In this document: positions 41,302-50,665 of the stretch, piece by piece
Position numbering within the stretch: the first letter of the stretch is position 1
How the letters are laid out: the number at the start of each line of letters is the position of its first letter
Assembly (NCBI GenBank): GCA_040954595.2
Contig: JBECUI020000049.1
Location: forward strand, 1 to 63,163
Direction of reading: 5' to 3'
DNA: 63,163 bases
DNA from: Balanoglossus misakiensis
Lineage: Eukaryota; Animalia; Hemichordata
Made by a program: the position numbers and the translations under genes
The notes under the pieces: generated by a model
Seen by the model: only the letters and a program-made list of their open reading frames with translations
Databases searched by the model: none
What the model was told of the DNA's origin: nothing

Positions 41302-43104
41302 ATGAAACAATTTCGTTATGTTATTTTTTCCCTAACCATGAGCATTCTTTTCCTTGTTGGAGGAATGAATGCCATGGCGGGAGGTAGCTCAGAAGAAAGT
41401 GGGGGCACACAACTAAACAACCCAGAGACCTTTGTCTACGGTACCATTGGTGAACCGGCAACCTTGGATCCTGCTGTGGCCTACGACAATGCCTCGGGGG
41501 ACATCATGCTGAATACCCACGAGATGCTTGTGGAATGGTATCGAGATACAGGCAAGCTTATACCTGTTCTCGCTGAAGAACTCCCCACCATGGAAAATGG
41601 TGGCATTAGTGCTGATGGGAAAACCTATCGATTCAAAATCCGTAAAGGCGTCAAGTTCCACAATGGCAACGCTCTGACACCTGAGGATGTGGAATACTCC
41701 TTTGAGAGAAACTTGGTCCTGGACGTAGACCATGGACCTGTATGGATGCATTGGATGGTATTCTTTGAAGATTCCATTGGTCGGAACGACGATGGCAGTT
41801 ACAAGTATTCTGTGGAAGAAATTGATTCCAAGATAGAAGTGGATGGAGATTACGTTGTTTTCAACCTTCCCAAACCTTCTCCCTTTTTCATGGCCATTCT
41901 TTCAGGTTACTGGTCTGCCATTATCGATAAGGAATGGACTATTGCTCAAGGCGGTTGGGATGGTACAGCTGCTGACCGGGATCGAGTGAGCAACCCTCCC
42001 ACGGGAGAGGAATTACTCTTAGACATTGTCAACGGCACAGGCCCTTACAAGTTGAATCGTTGGGTAAAGGGAGATGAAGTTGTTCTGGTACGTAATGACG
42101 AATACTGGGGAGAACTTCCTTCTATTCCCAACGCCATCTACAAGAAAGTGGATGAATGGTCTACCCGAAAACTGATGTTTCTGCAAGGCGATTTGGACTA
42201 TGCCTATATTGAGCCTGTCTACTGGCCTGAGATGGAGCAGGAAGCTAGTTTGGTCTATTACGACAAGCTACCCAGTCTTGCTATTACAGGGCTTATGTTC
42301 CAGTTTGCTATCAATACCCAAGATAACCCCTACGTTTTCTCTGGTAAGCTAGATGGTCAAGGTATTCCTTCCGACTTCTTTGCTGATAAGCATGTACGAC
42401 TTGGCTTCATGTATGCCTGGGACGAAGAAACTTTCCTGAGAGATGTGGGATCGGGAGCGTATATTGACCCTGTGGGTCCCATTCCTTCCGGTCTCCCCTT
42501 CGATAATAAGGATGTTAAACGTCTTCCTTTTGATCTTGCTGAGGCAGAAAAGCATTTCAAACAGGCTTTCAATGGCGAAGCTTGGGAAAAGGGCTTTGTT
42601 ATTGAGTTCCTTTATAATGAAGGCAACAACGTTCGTGGTGGTGCTTTAAGAATACTGGCAGAAAACATCATGTCCCTCAATGATAAGTTCAAAATCACCA
42701 CGCGCTCTATTCCCTGGCCCGAGTTCTTGGCCCTCTCCAAAGATAGACGTGCCCCGATTTTCAGCATTGGTTGGCAGCCGGATTATCCTGATGCGGACAA
42801 CTATGTCGATCCCTTTATGTACTCCAAAGGCTATTTTGCAGAACGAGGTAGTTATAGCAACCCCGAGGTTGATGAGCTTGTTCTTCGAGGACGTTATGCC
42901 CTTGAAACGGAAGTCAGAGCCCAGGCCTACAAACGTCTTGAAGAAATTTATGTAGAAGATGCCATCGGTATGGTTTATGGCCAAACCATTGGACGTCAAT
43001 GGACGCGGGATTGGATTACTTGGGATGATGGATTTTATTATCAACCTGAAAATACGGATTTATTCAAAAGACTTCGTCATTTGAATAAAGGTCAGGGGAA
43101 CTAA
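41302..43104 (+). CDS. Peptide/nickel ABC transporter substrate-binding protein (family 5)
   Basis: GAGGAGG RBS; TLDPA, KIRKGVKFHNG..LTPEDV, NGTGPYKL, GWQPDYPD. Confidence 0.92.
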   Translation: MKQFRYVIFSLTMSILFLVGGMNAMAGGSSEESGGTQLNNPETFVYGTIGEPATLDPAVAYDNASGDIMLNTHEMLVEWYRDTGKLIPVLAEELPTMENGGISADGKTYRFKIRKGVKFHNGNALTPEDVEYSFERNLVLDVDHGPVWMHWMVFFEDSIGRNDDGSYKYSVEEIDSKIEVDGDYVVFNLPKPSPFFMAILSGYWSAIIDKEWTIAQGGWDGTAADRDRVSNPPTGEELLLDIVNGTGPYKLNRWVKGDEVVLVRNDEYWGELPSIPNAIYKKVDEWSTRKLMFLQGDLDYAYIEPVYWPEMEQEASLVYYDKLPSLAITGLMFQFAINTQDNPYVFSGKLDGQGIPSDFFADKHVRLGFMYAWDEETFLRDVGSGAYIDPVGPIPSGLPFDNKDVKRLPFDLAEAEKHFKQAFNGEAWEKGFVIEFLYNEGNNVRGGALRILAENIMSLNDKFKITTRSIPWPEFLALSKDRRAPIFSIGWQPDYPDADNYVDPFMYSKGYFAERGSYSNPEVDELVLRGRYALETEVRAQAYKRLEEIYVEDAIGMVYGQTIGRQWTRDWITWDDGFYYQPENTDLFKRLRHLNKGQGN

Positions 43105-43115
43105 TTATTATTTAC

Positions 43116-43143
43116 TAGGGCTGTGATTTTGATCACAGCCCTA
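43116..43143 (+). terminator. Intercistronic hairpin after the SBP gene (mRNA stabiliser or attenuator)
   Basis: TAGGGCTGTGAT-TTTG-ATCACAGCCCTA 12-bp perfect stem, no strong U-tract. Confidence 0.65.
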
Positions 43144-43226
43144 AGTCCACTGATTTAAGAGAAACTGTTCCTGTGAGAGGGGGAGTTCTTCTTAAACTTT
43201 ATACATAATTCAGATGGAGCAAGACC

Positions 43227-44261
43227 TTGGTTCTCTTTAATTTCATCATACGAAGATTATTAATGACAGTCCTCATCTTAATAGGCGTGACGCTCATTGT
43301 CTTTTCTGTCCTTATGATGCTCCCACCGGGGCAGCGGGTCAGTGTCTATGTTAACAGCGAACGGGTAAATGCCCAGCAGATGGACGATTTAATAGAAAAA
43401 TACGGATTGAACGATCCAGCTTCCGTACAGTACTTTCGTTGGCTAAAGGGTATTTTAAAGGGTGATTTAGGATATTCTGTGGTGGCTTCTGATCCTGTAA
43501 TTACTGCTTTTAAACGATATTTTCCCGTCACCATGGAATTGGTACTGTTTGCAACACCCCTCATTATTATTGTGGGAATCTGGCTGGGAACCTTAGCGGC
43601 TGTTCACCGGGATAGCATGATAGACCATAGTTTGCGTATTTTTGCCATTGTCGGCTATTCTCTCCCGACCTTCTGGCTGGGTCTCATGCTCCTTATGATT
43701 TTTTATGGAAGCCTGGGAATCTTTCCGCCAGGGATTCTCTCTAATGCAGGAAAAAATATTTTTTATAGTGAAGAATTTAAACACTATACCTACCTTATTA
43801 CCATAGATGCCATACTCAATGGAGAGTGGAAACTGTTTTGGGATGCTCTTTATCATTTAGCCCTTCCTGCTTTGAATCTGGTTATTTTAAGCAGCGCCAT
43901 GATCCTGCGCATTACTCGCTCCAGCATGCTGGAAGTTCTTGGACAAGACTACATCCGTACAGCCTTGGCCAAAGGGGCGGATAAAAAGCTTATTTATCGG
44001 AAACATGCTCGGAGGAATGCCATGATTCCTATCATTACCATATCAGGACTTCTCTTTGCTGGTCTTATGGCCGGCATGGTCATTACGGAAACCATATTTT
44101 CCCGTCATGGAATTGGTCGTTGGATGGCAGAAGCTGCCTTAAGGTTGGATATTGCCGCTATCATGTTCAACGTGCTTTTCCTCTCAGCTGTGTATGTCTC
44201 AATGAATCTTCTTGTTGATATCATTTATGCCTATGTAGATCCTAGAATCCGGTTATCTTAA
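43227..44261 (+). CDS. Peptide ABC transporter permease (DppB/OppB-like)
   Basis: RSSMLEVLGQDYIRTALAKG EAA-like loop, DPRIR end. Confidence 0.92.
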   Translation: MVLFNFIIRRLLMTVLILIGVTLIVFSVLMMLPPGQRVSVYVNSERVNAQQMDDLIEKYGLNDPASVQYFRWLKGILKGDLGYSVVASDPVITAFKRYFPVTMELVLFATPLIIIVGIWLGTLAAVHRDSMIDHSLRIFAIVGYSLPTFWLGLMLLMIFYGSLGIFPPGILSNAGKNIFYSEEFKHYTYLITIDAILNGEWKLFWDALYHLALPALNLVILSSAMILRITRSSMLEVLGQDYIRTALAKGADKKLIYRKHARRNAMIPIITISGLLFAGLMAGMVITETIFSRHGIGRWMAEAALRLDIAAIMFNVLFLSAVYVSMNLLVDIIYAYVDPRIRLS

Positions 44262-44286
44262 TCCTTAGAGAAGGAGAATACAGATC

Positions 44287-45231
44287 ATGAGTGTTACAAG
44301 TATAGCGCCGACTGATTCAAAAGAAAAAATAGTTCAACATCCGTTTCTTCAGGAATTTTTGTTTTCGGCCAAGCGATTCTTAAAGAATCCTTTAACCATT
44401 ATAGGTTTAGTAATTATTTTAGGTTTTGCTATCGTAGCTCTTCTAGCCCCCGTAATTGCTCCCCCTGAGAAAGCTGATACTCCCTATTTGATACCCCACG
44501 ATGGATGGAAAATGGAACCATCGCCTCCCTCAAAGGAGCATCCTTTTGGAACCCTTCCCCAGCAATTTGATATTTTTTACGGTCTGGTCTGGGGGACGCG
44601 GAATGCCTTTAAAATAGGTTTCCTTATTGTTCTGGCTAATATGATTATTGGGGTGACTCTGGGGGCCATTGCCGGGTATTTTGGAGGGGTAATTGACGAG
44701 GTGATCATGCGAATCACCGATATGTTTTATGCCATGCCCTTTCTCGTTGTATCCATGGCCATTGTGGTAGTCATAGGTAAGGGGCTTACTTCCATTATAC
44801 TTGTCTTGATACTTTTGGGCTGGAGAATCTATACGCGGGTTATTCGGGCCGAGATATTGATTATTCGAGGGCATGATTATATACAGGCTGCCAAGGCCTC
44901 TGGTGCCGGACATTTCAATATTATTTTCCGACATATCCTCCCCAACACCATCTACTCCGTCATCATAGTGGCTTCCATGAATATTGGTACCACGGTGTTA
45001 TTGGCGGCGGCCCTTTCCTTTCTCGGTCTGGGAGCCGATATTGGCTATGCTGACTGGGGTGCCATGGTATCCTTGGCACGGGAGTGGATTGTTGGCCCGC
45101 CATCTGCCAGGCTTCATTATTGGTTTGTCGTATTTATCCCTGGATTTACCATAGCCTTGTTTGTTCTTGGTTGGAATCTTCTGGGAGATGCTGCACGTGA
45201 TGTGTTTGATCCTAAGCAGCGGAGGCGATAG
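44287..45231 (+). CDS. Peptide ABC transporter permease (DppC/OppC-like)
   Basis: HPFGT, YIQAAKASGA, RHILPN, NLLGDAARDVFDP. Confidence 0.92.
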   Translation: MSVTSIAPTDSKEKIVQHPFLQEFLFSAKRFLKNPLTIIGLVIILGFAIVALLAPVIAPPEKADTPYLIPHDGWKMEPSPPSKEHPFGTLPQQFDIFYGLVWGTRNAFKIGFLIVLANMIIGVTLGAIAGYFGGVIDEVIMRITDMFYAMPFLVVSMAIVVVIGKGLTSIILVLILLGWRIYTRVIRAEILIIRGHDYIQAAKASGAGHFNIIFRHILPNTIYSVIIVASMNIGTTVLLAAALSFLGLGADIGYADWGAMVSLAREWIVGPPSARLHYWFVVFIPGFTIALFVLGWNLLGDAARDVFDPKQRRR

Positions 45232-46532
45232 TGGCTGTTCTTCTTAAAACAAGAGATCTTAAAACAAATTTTCATACCTTTGAAGGCGTTGTTAGGGCAC
45301 TTAACAGTGTTGCGGTGGAAGTTCATCAAGGGGAGACCTACGGTTTAGTAGGGGAATCCGGATGTGGAAAAAGTGTCACGGTCCGCAGCATGATGCGTAT
45401 TGTTCAGGCTCCCGGTAGAATTGAAGAAGGCAAAATCTTCATATTCTTTGATGAAAAAGATAAAGAGCGAGGTATCGATATCCTCCAGCAATCTGAAGCC
45501 TATATGCAGCAGGTTCGCGGGAATGAGATCTCCATGATATTCCAAGAAGCCGGAACGGCGCTGAATCCGGTTTTTTCTGTAGAAAACCAGGTAGGAGAAA
45601 GCTTTGAATTTCATAGAATGGAGGCCATGCTTGAAGAAGTCATTAACGATCTGGAGAAAAGCATAGCTGATGGAAAGACTGGTTTTCTGGGACTCAATCG
45701 ATTTAAACACTATCTTTTTAAGCAAGAGCTTCAGAGTCACAAGTGCTATCAAGAAATTGCAGACAAACTTGATGCCAGAATTCTTGATTTAAAAAACCTC
45801 AACCCAGAAGACAACTCTTCCCGCATTAAGACATTGACCCGAAAGCGGGAGAATCTTCGGTCCAGAGCCCTGCTTGTGCAGATAGCCCGGAGTATTCCTT
45901 TAGTAAAACGATATAGAAAAGCCCTGAAGCAGGTTATCCGTCGGCATATTATTGATTTACTCCGTAGTCTTGGCCTACCGAATCCCGAAAATGTGGTGGA
46001 CCGTTACCCCCACGAACTTTCGGGAGGAATGCAGCAACGCATCGTTATTGCCATTGCCCTGGCTTGTCATCCCAAACTACTCATAGCTGATGAGCCTACG
46101 AGCAATCTGGATGTTACTATTCAGGCGCAGATTGTTGATCTTATGAAGCATTTGAAGAAGACCAAAATCAGTTCAGTCATTTTTATTACCCATGACTTGG
46201 GTCTTGTGGCAGAACTTTGTGATCGTGTGTCTGTCATGTATGCTGGAGATCTTGTCGAAACAGCCTCGGTTACGAATCTTTTTAAGGAGCAGTACCACCC
46301 CTACACCAAGGGCCTAATTGCCTCCATACCTAAAAGGGAACAAACTGAAAATTTGCAACCCATTCCCGGTACAGTACCGAATCTGGTACACCCCCCAACG
46401 GGTTGCCGCTTCCATCCTCGTTGTCCGAAGGCCATGGAATTATGTTCGCGCATAAAACCCCAAACCATAGAAAAAACTCCAGGTCATTTTGTAGCCTGCC
46501 ACCTGTACTACCAGCATAATGAAACTAAATAA
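45231..46532 (+). CDS. Peptide ABC transporter ATP-binding protein (DppD-like) with a long helical insertion
   Basis: GESGCGKS, LSGGMQQR, IADEPT, C-terminal CRFHPRC..C..C. Confidence 0.92.
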   Translation: MAVLLKTRDLKTNFHTFEGVVRALNSVAVEVHQGETYGLVGESGCGKSVTVRSMMRIVQAPGRIEEGKIFIFFDEKDKERGIDILQQSEAYMQQVRGNEISMIFQEAGTALNPVFSVENQVGESFEFHRMEAMLEEVINDLEKSIADGKTGFLGLNRFKHYLFKQELQSHKCYQEIADKLDARILDLKNLNPEDNSSRIKTLTRKRENLRSRALLVQIARSIPLVKRYRKALKQVIRRHIIDLLRSLGLPNPENVVDRYPHELSGGMQQRIVIAIALACHPKLLIADEPTSNLDVTIQAQIVDLMKHLKKTKISSVIFITHDLGLVAELCDRVSVMYAGDLVETASVTNLFKEQYHPYTKGLIASIPKREQTENLQPIPGTVPNLVHPPTGCRFHPRCPKAMELCSRIKPQTIEKTPGHFVACHLYYQHNETK

Positions 46533-46546
46533 TAGAGGAAAATCTG

Positions 46547-47617
46547 ATGTCTAGTCCTTCTCCCTATAATCTCCTTGATATACGACAATTAAAAAAATAT
46601 TATCCCATACGCAGCGGCGTATTCCGCCGTCTTAAAGATAACGTCAAGGCTGTAGATTCCGTTGACCTTGCTATTCCCCGGGCTAGTTGTCTGGGACTTG
46701 TTGGAGAGTCGGGCTGTGGTAAAACCACCTTAGGAAAGACAGTGTTACGACTCCATGAGCCTACCGAAGGGCGTATCTATTTTGACCGACCCGCAGAGAA
46801 AATAAATCAACTGGAAGCCCAGCTGGCCTCCGGCGACACAAGCAAAGAATTTCAACTCGAACTGGCCCAAAACGATATTTCCCATCTCAAGGGACAAAAA
46901 CTGAAAAAACTTCGCAGGAATATCCAGATTGTCTTTCAGGATCCCTCTAATTCTTTAAATCCCCGGATGCCGGTAAAGCATATTGTTGCCGAACCTCTTG
47001 TCATTCAGGGTTTGGCCAAAGGCTCAGCCCTGAATGAGCGAATCCTTGAGCTTTTTTCTATTGTAGGACTTTCCCGGCATCACCTGATGCGCTATCCTCA
47101 CGAATTCTCAGGTGGACAGCGTCAACGCATAGCCATAGCTCGGGCCTTGGCCACCAATCCTAAGTTTGTGCTGATGGATGAGCCCACCAGCGCCTTGGAT
47201 GTCTCAGTGCAGGCCCAGATTCTGAATCTTTTAAAAGAACTTCAAAGTCAACTGAAACTCACCTATTTGTTTGTTACTCATCATCTACTTGTAATCAAAT
47301 ATATTAGCCAGCAGGTGGCCGTCATGTACTTAGGGAAAATCATGGAAATTTCTGAAACTCAGGAACTCTTTACCAGCTCTCTCCATCCCTACACGAAGGC
47401 CCTTCTTTCGGCTATCCCCACAATAGATTCAGAGACAAAAACAGAGAAAATCATTCTATCCGGCGATGTACCCAACCCCATAAACCCGCCCTCCGGCTGT
47501 CGATTTCATCCCCGTTGTCCTTTTGTAAAAAATATCTGCAAAGAACAGGAGCCGGCTTTAGAAGACATTGGTGGTGGACATAAAGTTGCCTGCCATCGGT
47601 GGAATGAAATCAATTAG
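46547..47617 (+). CDS. Peptide ABC transporter ATP-binding protein (DppF-like)
   Basis: GESGCGKT, FSGGQRQR, MDEPT, CRFHPRC. Confidence 0.92.
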   Translation: MSSPSPYNLLDIRQLKKYYPIRSGVFRRLKDNVKAVDSVDLAIPRASCLGLVGESGCGKTTLGKTVLRLHEPTEGRIYFDRPAEKINQLEAQLASGDTSKEFQLELAQNDISHLKGQKLKKLRRNIQIVFQDPSNSLNPRMPVKHIVAEPLVIQGLAKGSALNERILELFSIVGLSRHHLMRYPHEFSGGQRQRIAIARALATNPKFVLMDEPTSALDVSVQAQILNLLKELQSQLKLTYLFVTHHLLVIKYISQQVAVMYLGKIMEISETQELFTSSLHPYTKALLSAIPTIDSETKTEKIILSGDVPNPINPPSGCRFHPRCPFVKNICKEQEPALEDIGGGHKVACHRWNEIN

Positions 47618-47821
47618 CCTTTTTACCAGGTGATGTCAGAAATCTTGCTTAGGTGCAGATCTTCAATGGTGAAAGATCCTGACCTTGCTGCATCGCTTTG
47701 AGTAAGTCCCTATCCCGAGACTCTCTTGTACTCCATGTTGTTCCCCTATCTGCCTGTGCCTGGCAGCTGATAGCATAAGGGCCGAATCCCCATCGGGGAA
47801 ATGTTCTGCTATTTGGTTCTG

Positions 47822-47910
47822 CGAACCAGGGTTCTTCGAACCAGGGTTCTTCGAACCAGGGTTCTTCGAACCAGGGTCTTCGAACCAGGGTTCTTCGAAC
47901 CAGGGTTCTG
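47822..47910. repeat. Tandem repeat, 6 x 15 bp (CGAACCAGGGTTCTT)
   Basis: Directly visible; 4th copy 14 bp, 6th copy ends in G. Confidence 0.95.
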
Positions 47911-48328
47911 CGTTTGATTTCTTTCATGATTCTTTCAAGAGGATTATTAGTCCTGATCCGAATCCAATGTTCCTGAGGGAAATACCTATGCTCAAGAGTT
48001 TCGTGGATATGGTTTTTCACCATGTTAGCAGCCTTGGGAAGTTTCATATTGCGGAGTTTCGCTTCAATCAGTTGAGCCTTCTCAAGAGCAGCATCACGAT
48101 CTTCTTGCGCATTGAACCTTCAGGCATTGCTGCAACTTCACGGACCTTCTCACGGGGAATCACCTGAGAATACATTCCGGTAATAGTGAACAACGCATCG
48201 TTGCCATCGTGCTTTAGGGAAAAACTCTTCGATGGATTCAGGCCAATCCGATGCATTTGTCGCTTATGAAGAGCTTTAGTATCCTTGCCTTTTTAGAATG
48301 TGCGCAATTTTTTAAACACTACCGCCGA

Positions 48329-48358
48329 AGTAGGGACAGGTCGCGACCTGTCCCTACT
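48329..48358. repeat. Perfect 30-bp palindrome, GTAG-type REP-like, copy 1
   Basis: AGTAGGGACAGGTCGCGACCTGTCCCTACT equals its own reverse complement. Confidence 0.9.
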
Positions 48359-48581
48359 CATTGATGGGTTGATTCCGCCAAGTATTGATTCTCTACTAAG
48401 AGATCCTGGTTCAAATTGCTCATTGTCCCAGGGCTTTACCTTGCTTCCCCAAAGGGCCTCGGTAATATCTTTAACTCGGCGCACTGAAACAGCAGCTAAA
48501 TACATTTCAACTAAGGCTTCTTCAACGGATGTTTCCCGGCGTTTATAACGCTCAATAATTGCTGTTTCGAATGGAAGCCGA

Positions 48582-48611
48582 AGTAGGGACAGGTCGCGAC
48601 CTGTCCCTACT
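48582..48611. repeat. Perfect 30-bp palindrome, REP-like, copy 2
   Basis: Identical to copy 1. Confidence 0.9.
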
Positions 48612-48939
48612 CTTGAAAGCAGTGATATCCAACTTCCTGGTGTAATGTCCAGCACGAGTATCTTTTCGTGCATCCGTAGGTTCGTATTTTTCAGCCTGAA
48701 GTAAAAGATCTGCCTCTGCATTGAGCATGGCATTCAAGGTTCCCTCATACGGTTTTTTTAAGCATTTGGCTGCTCTGTAGGAGACCTTCATCGATCTGTA
48801 TGATCTTTCCCGTGGGGTCTTTTTCTGACCTCATTTTGTCCTCCGTGTGAATGGTTTTACATTCGATTCCATTTCAACATTGGAGGACATTTTTTTTCAA
48901 TGCCTTTTTAGAATGTGCGCAATTTTTTAAACACCACCA

Positions 48940-49026
48940 ATTAAACACTTCGCAAAACTAGTATACAACAAGGAAATTGCAGAAAACGAATACAGCATTT
49001 CCGTATCCAACTATGTCGCTGCCGAA
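48940..49026 (+). pseudogene. Fragment resembling the C-terminus of type I R-M methyltransferase HsdM
   Basis: IKHFAKLVYNKEIAENEYSISVSNYVAAE resembles the HsdM ...EIAENDYNLSVSSYV motif. Confidence 0.6.
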
Positions 49027-49055
49027 GTAGGGACAGGTCGCGACCTGTCCCTACT
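49026..49055. repeat. Perfect 30-bp palindrome, REP-like, copy 3
   Basis: Identical to copy 1. Confidence 0.9.
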
Positions 49056-49278
49056 CATTGATGGGTTGATTCCGCCAAGTATTGATTCTCTACTAAGAGA
49101 TCCTGGTTCAAATTGCTCATTGTCCCAGGGCTTTACCTTGCTTCCCCAAAGGGCCTCGGTAATATCTTTAACTCGGCGCACTGAAACACCAGCTAAATAC
49201 ATTTCAACTAAGGCTTCTTCAACGGATGTTTCCCGGCGTTTATAACGCTCAATAATTGCTGTTTCGAATGGAAGCCGA

Positions 49279-49308
49279 AGTAGGGACAGGTCGCGACCTG
49301 TCCCTACT
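49279..49308. repeat. Perfect 30-bp palindrome, REP-like, copy 4
   Basis: Identical to copy 1. Confidence 0.9.
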
Positions 49309-49744
49309 CTTGAAAGCAGTGATATCCAACTTCCTGGTGTAATGTCCAGCACGAGTATCTTTTCGTGCATCCGTAGGTTCGTATTTTTCAGCCTGAAGTA
49401 AAAAATCTGCCTCTGCATTGAGCATGGCATTCAAGGTTCCCTCTACGGTTTTTTTAAGCATTTGGCTGCTCTGTAGGAGACCTTCATCGATCTGTATGAT
49501 CTTTCCCGTGGGGTCTTTTTCTGACCTCATTTTGTCCTCCGTGTGAATGGTTTTACATTCGATTCCATTTCAACATTGGAGGACATTATTTTTGCAATGC
49601 ATTGTAAAATGTGCGCAATTTTTTAATGATATCTTTTACTTTCTATCCAATTCCAGGTTTTTTCCTGGATTGACTGCACCTTTCTATCCTGTTGCAGCCA
49701 GGCATCGTCGAACCCTTCTCCCTGGGAAATTTAGGAGTTGTTTG

Positions 49745-49795
49745 TTGACTTTAAAGTCATAATTACCTAGATTACTAGTAACCTAGGTAATTATG
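49745..49795 (+). promoter_or_regulatory. Promoter overlapped by a 38-bp palindromic GntR/YtrA-type operator
   Basis: TTGACT-17-TAGATT; CATAATTACCTAGATTACTAGTAACCTAGGTAATTATG (49758-49795) has one mismatched pair. Confidence 0.8.
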
Positions 49796-49804
49796 TGGAG
49801 ATTG

Positions 49805-50665
49805 ATGAATATGATTCAAATTAAAAACCTTAACTTTGCCTATCCCAAGGAAAGGCTTTTTCATGGCCTGAATCTCAACCTGGAACCCGGGAATATCTAT
49901 GGACTTTTAGGTCTTAATGGTGCAGGAAAAACCTCTCTGCTCAGGCTTCTAACAGGACTGCTCTTTCCTGACTCTGGAGAAATTTCTGTTTTTGGTTATA
50001 GGCCAGGAAAACGAGAACCTTCGTTTCTTTCCAAGGTTTTTTTCCTTCCAGAAGAGCTGCATCTTCAAACGGTCAGAGCTAGTCAATACGAGAAGATGAT
50101 GGCCCCCTTTTATCCTGGTTTTGATCATCAACTTTTTAACAACTATCTTCAGAGATTTGACCTCCTCAAAGATAAGAAGTTGAACCATTTCTCCTACGGT
50201 CAAAAGAAAAAGTTCCTTCTTTCCTTTGGACTGGCCTGTAATGCCGACCTATTGATTCTTGACGAACCGACGAATGGCCTGGATATTCCCTCCAAAGGGC
50301 AATTCCGTCGTTTAATGGCTGAATCTTTAAACGATAAGAGAATTGTTATAATCTCGACCCATTTGGTAAAAGACGTAGAAGCACTTATTGACCCTCTGAC
50401 CATACTCCATCAAGGAGAAGTTCTTTTCTCCAGAAAACTGGAAGAAGTGAATAGCATCATGAGAATGGTCCATACATCCACCCATCCCGATCCTCAGGAG
50501 AAAGATTTTCTCTATAGCGAACCCAGCATCGGAGGCTTCTGGACAGTCTGGAAAGGGGCCAGTGAGGAAGACGATGGAATTTTAGATCTTGAAGTCCTCT
50601 TTAATGCCATGATTTCCAGGCCAGAATTCTACGCAGAATTGTTCCATGCGAAAGGAGCTATGTAA
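49805..50665 (+). CDS. ABC-2 type transporter ATP-binding protein
   Basis: GLNGAGKT, FSYGQKKK, ILDEPTNGLD, ISTH. Confidence 0.92.
   Translation: MNMIQIKNLNFAYPKERLFHGLNLNLEPGNIYGLLGLNGAGKTSLLRLLTGLLFPDSGEISVFGYRPGKREPSFLSKVFFLPEELHLQTVRASQYEKMMAPFYPGFDHQLFNNYLQRFDLLKDKKLNHFSYGQKKKFLLSFGLACNADLLILDEPTNGLDIPSKGQFRRLMAESLNDKRIVIISTHLVKDVEALIDPLTILHQGEVLFSRKLEEVNSIMRMVHTSTHPDPQEKDFLYSEPSIGGFWTVWKGASEEDDGILDLEVLFNAMISRPEFYAELFHAKGAM

Larger units (their letters stand above)
47629..49627 (-). mobile_element. Rearranged, inactive IS256-family element (C-terminal half plus two copies of the N-terminal half)
   Basis: Transposase fragments TLNAMLNAEAD, RAGHYTRKL, IIERYKRRETSVEEALVEMYLAGVSVRRVKDITEALWG, LFISDK, RWQRCVVHYYRN, RIRTNNPLERIMKEIKRRT; imperfect TIRs GGTGATGTCAGAAATCTTGC (47629) and GGTGGTGTTTAAAAAATTGCGC (minus strand from 48938). 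Confidence 0.88.
48324..49627. repeat. ~605-bp direct duplication (48324-48930 vs 49021-49627), period 697 bp
   Basis: Near-identical sequence with a few substitutions and indels. Confidence 0.9.

Noticed and set aside
47822-49308. CRISPR array from the 15-bp or 30-bp repeats
   Set aside because: 15-mers have no spacers; 30-mers are 253-444 bp apart with IS-derived intervals; no cas genes
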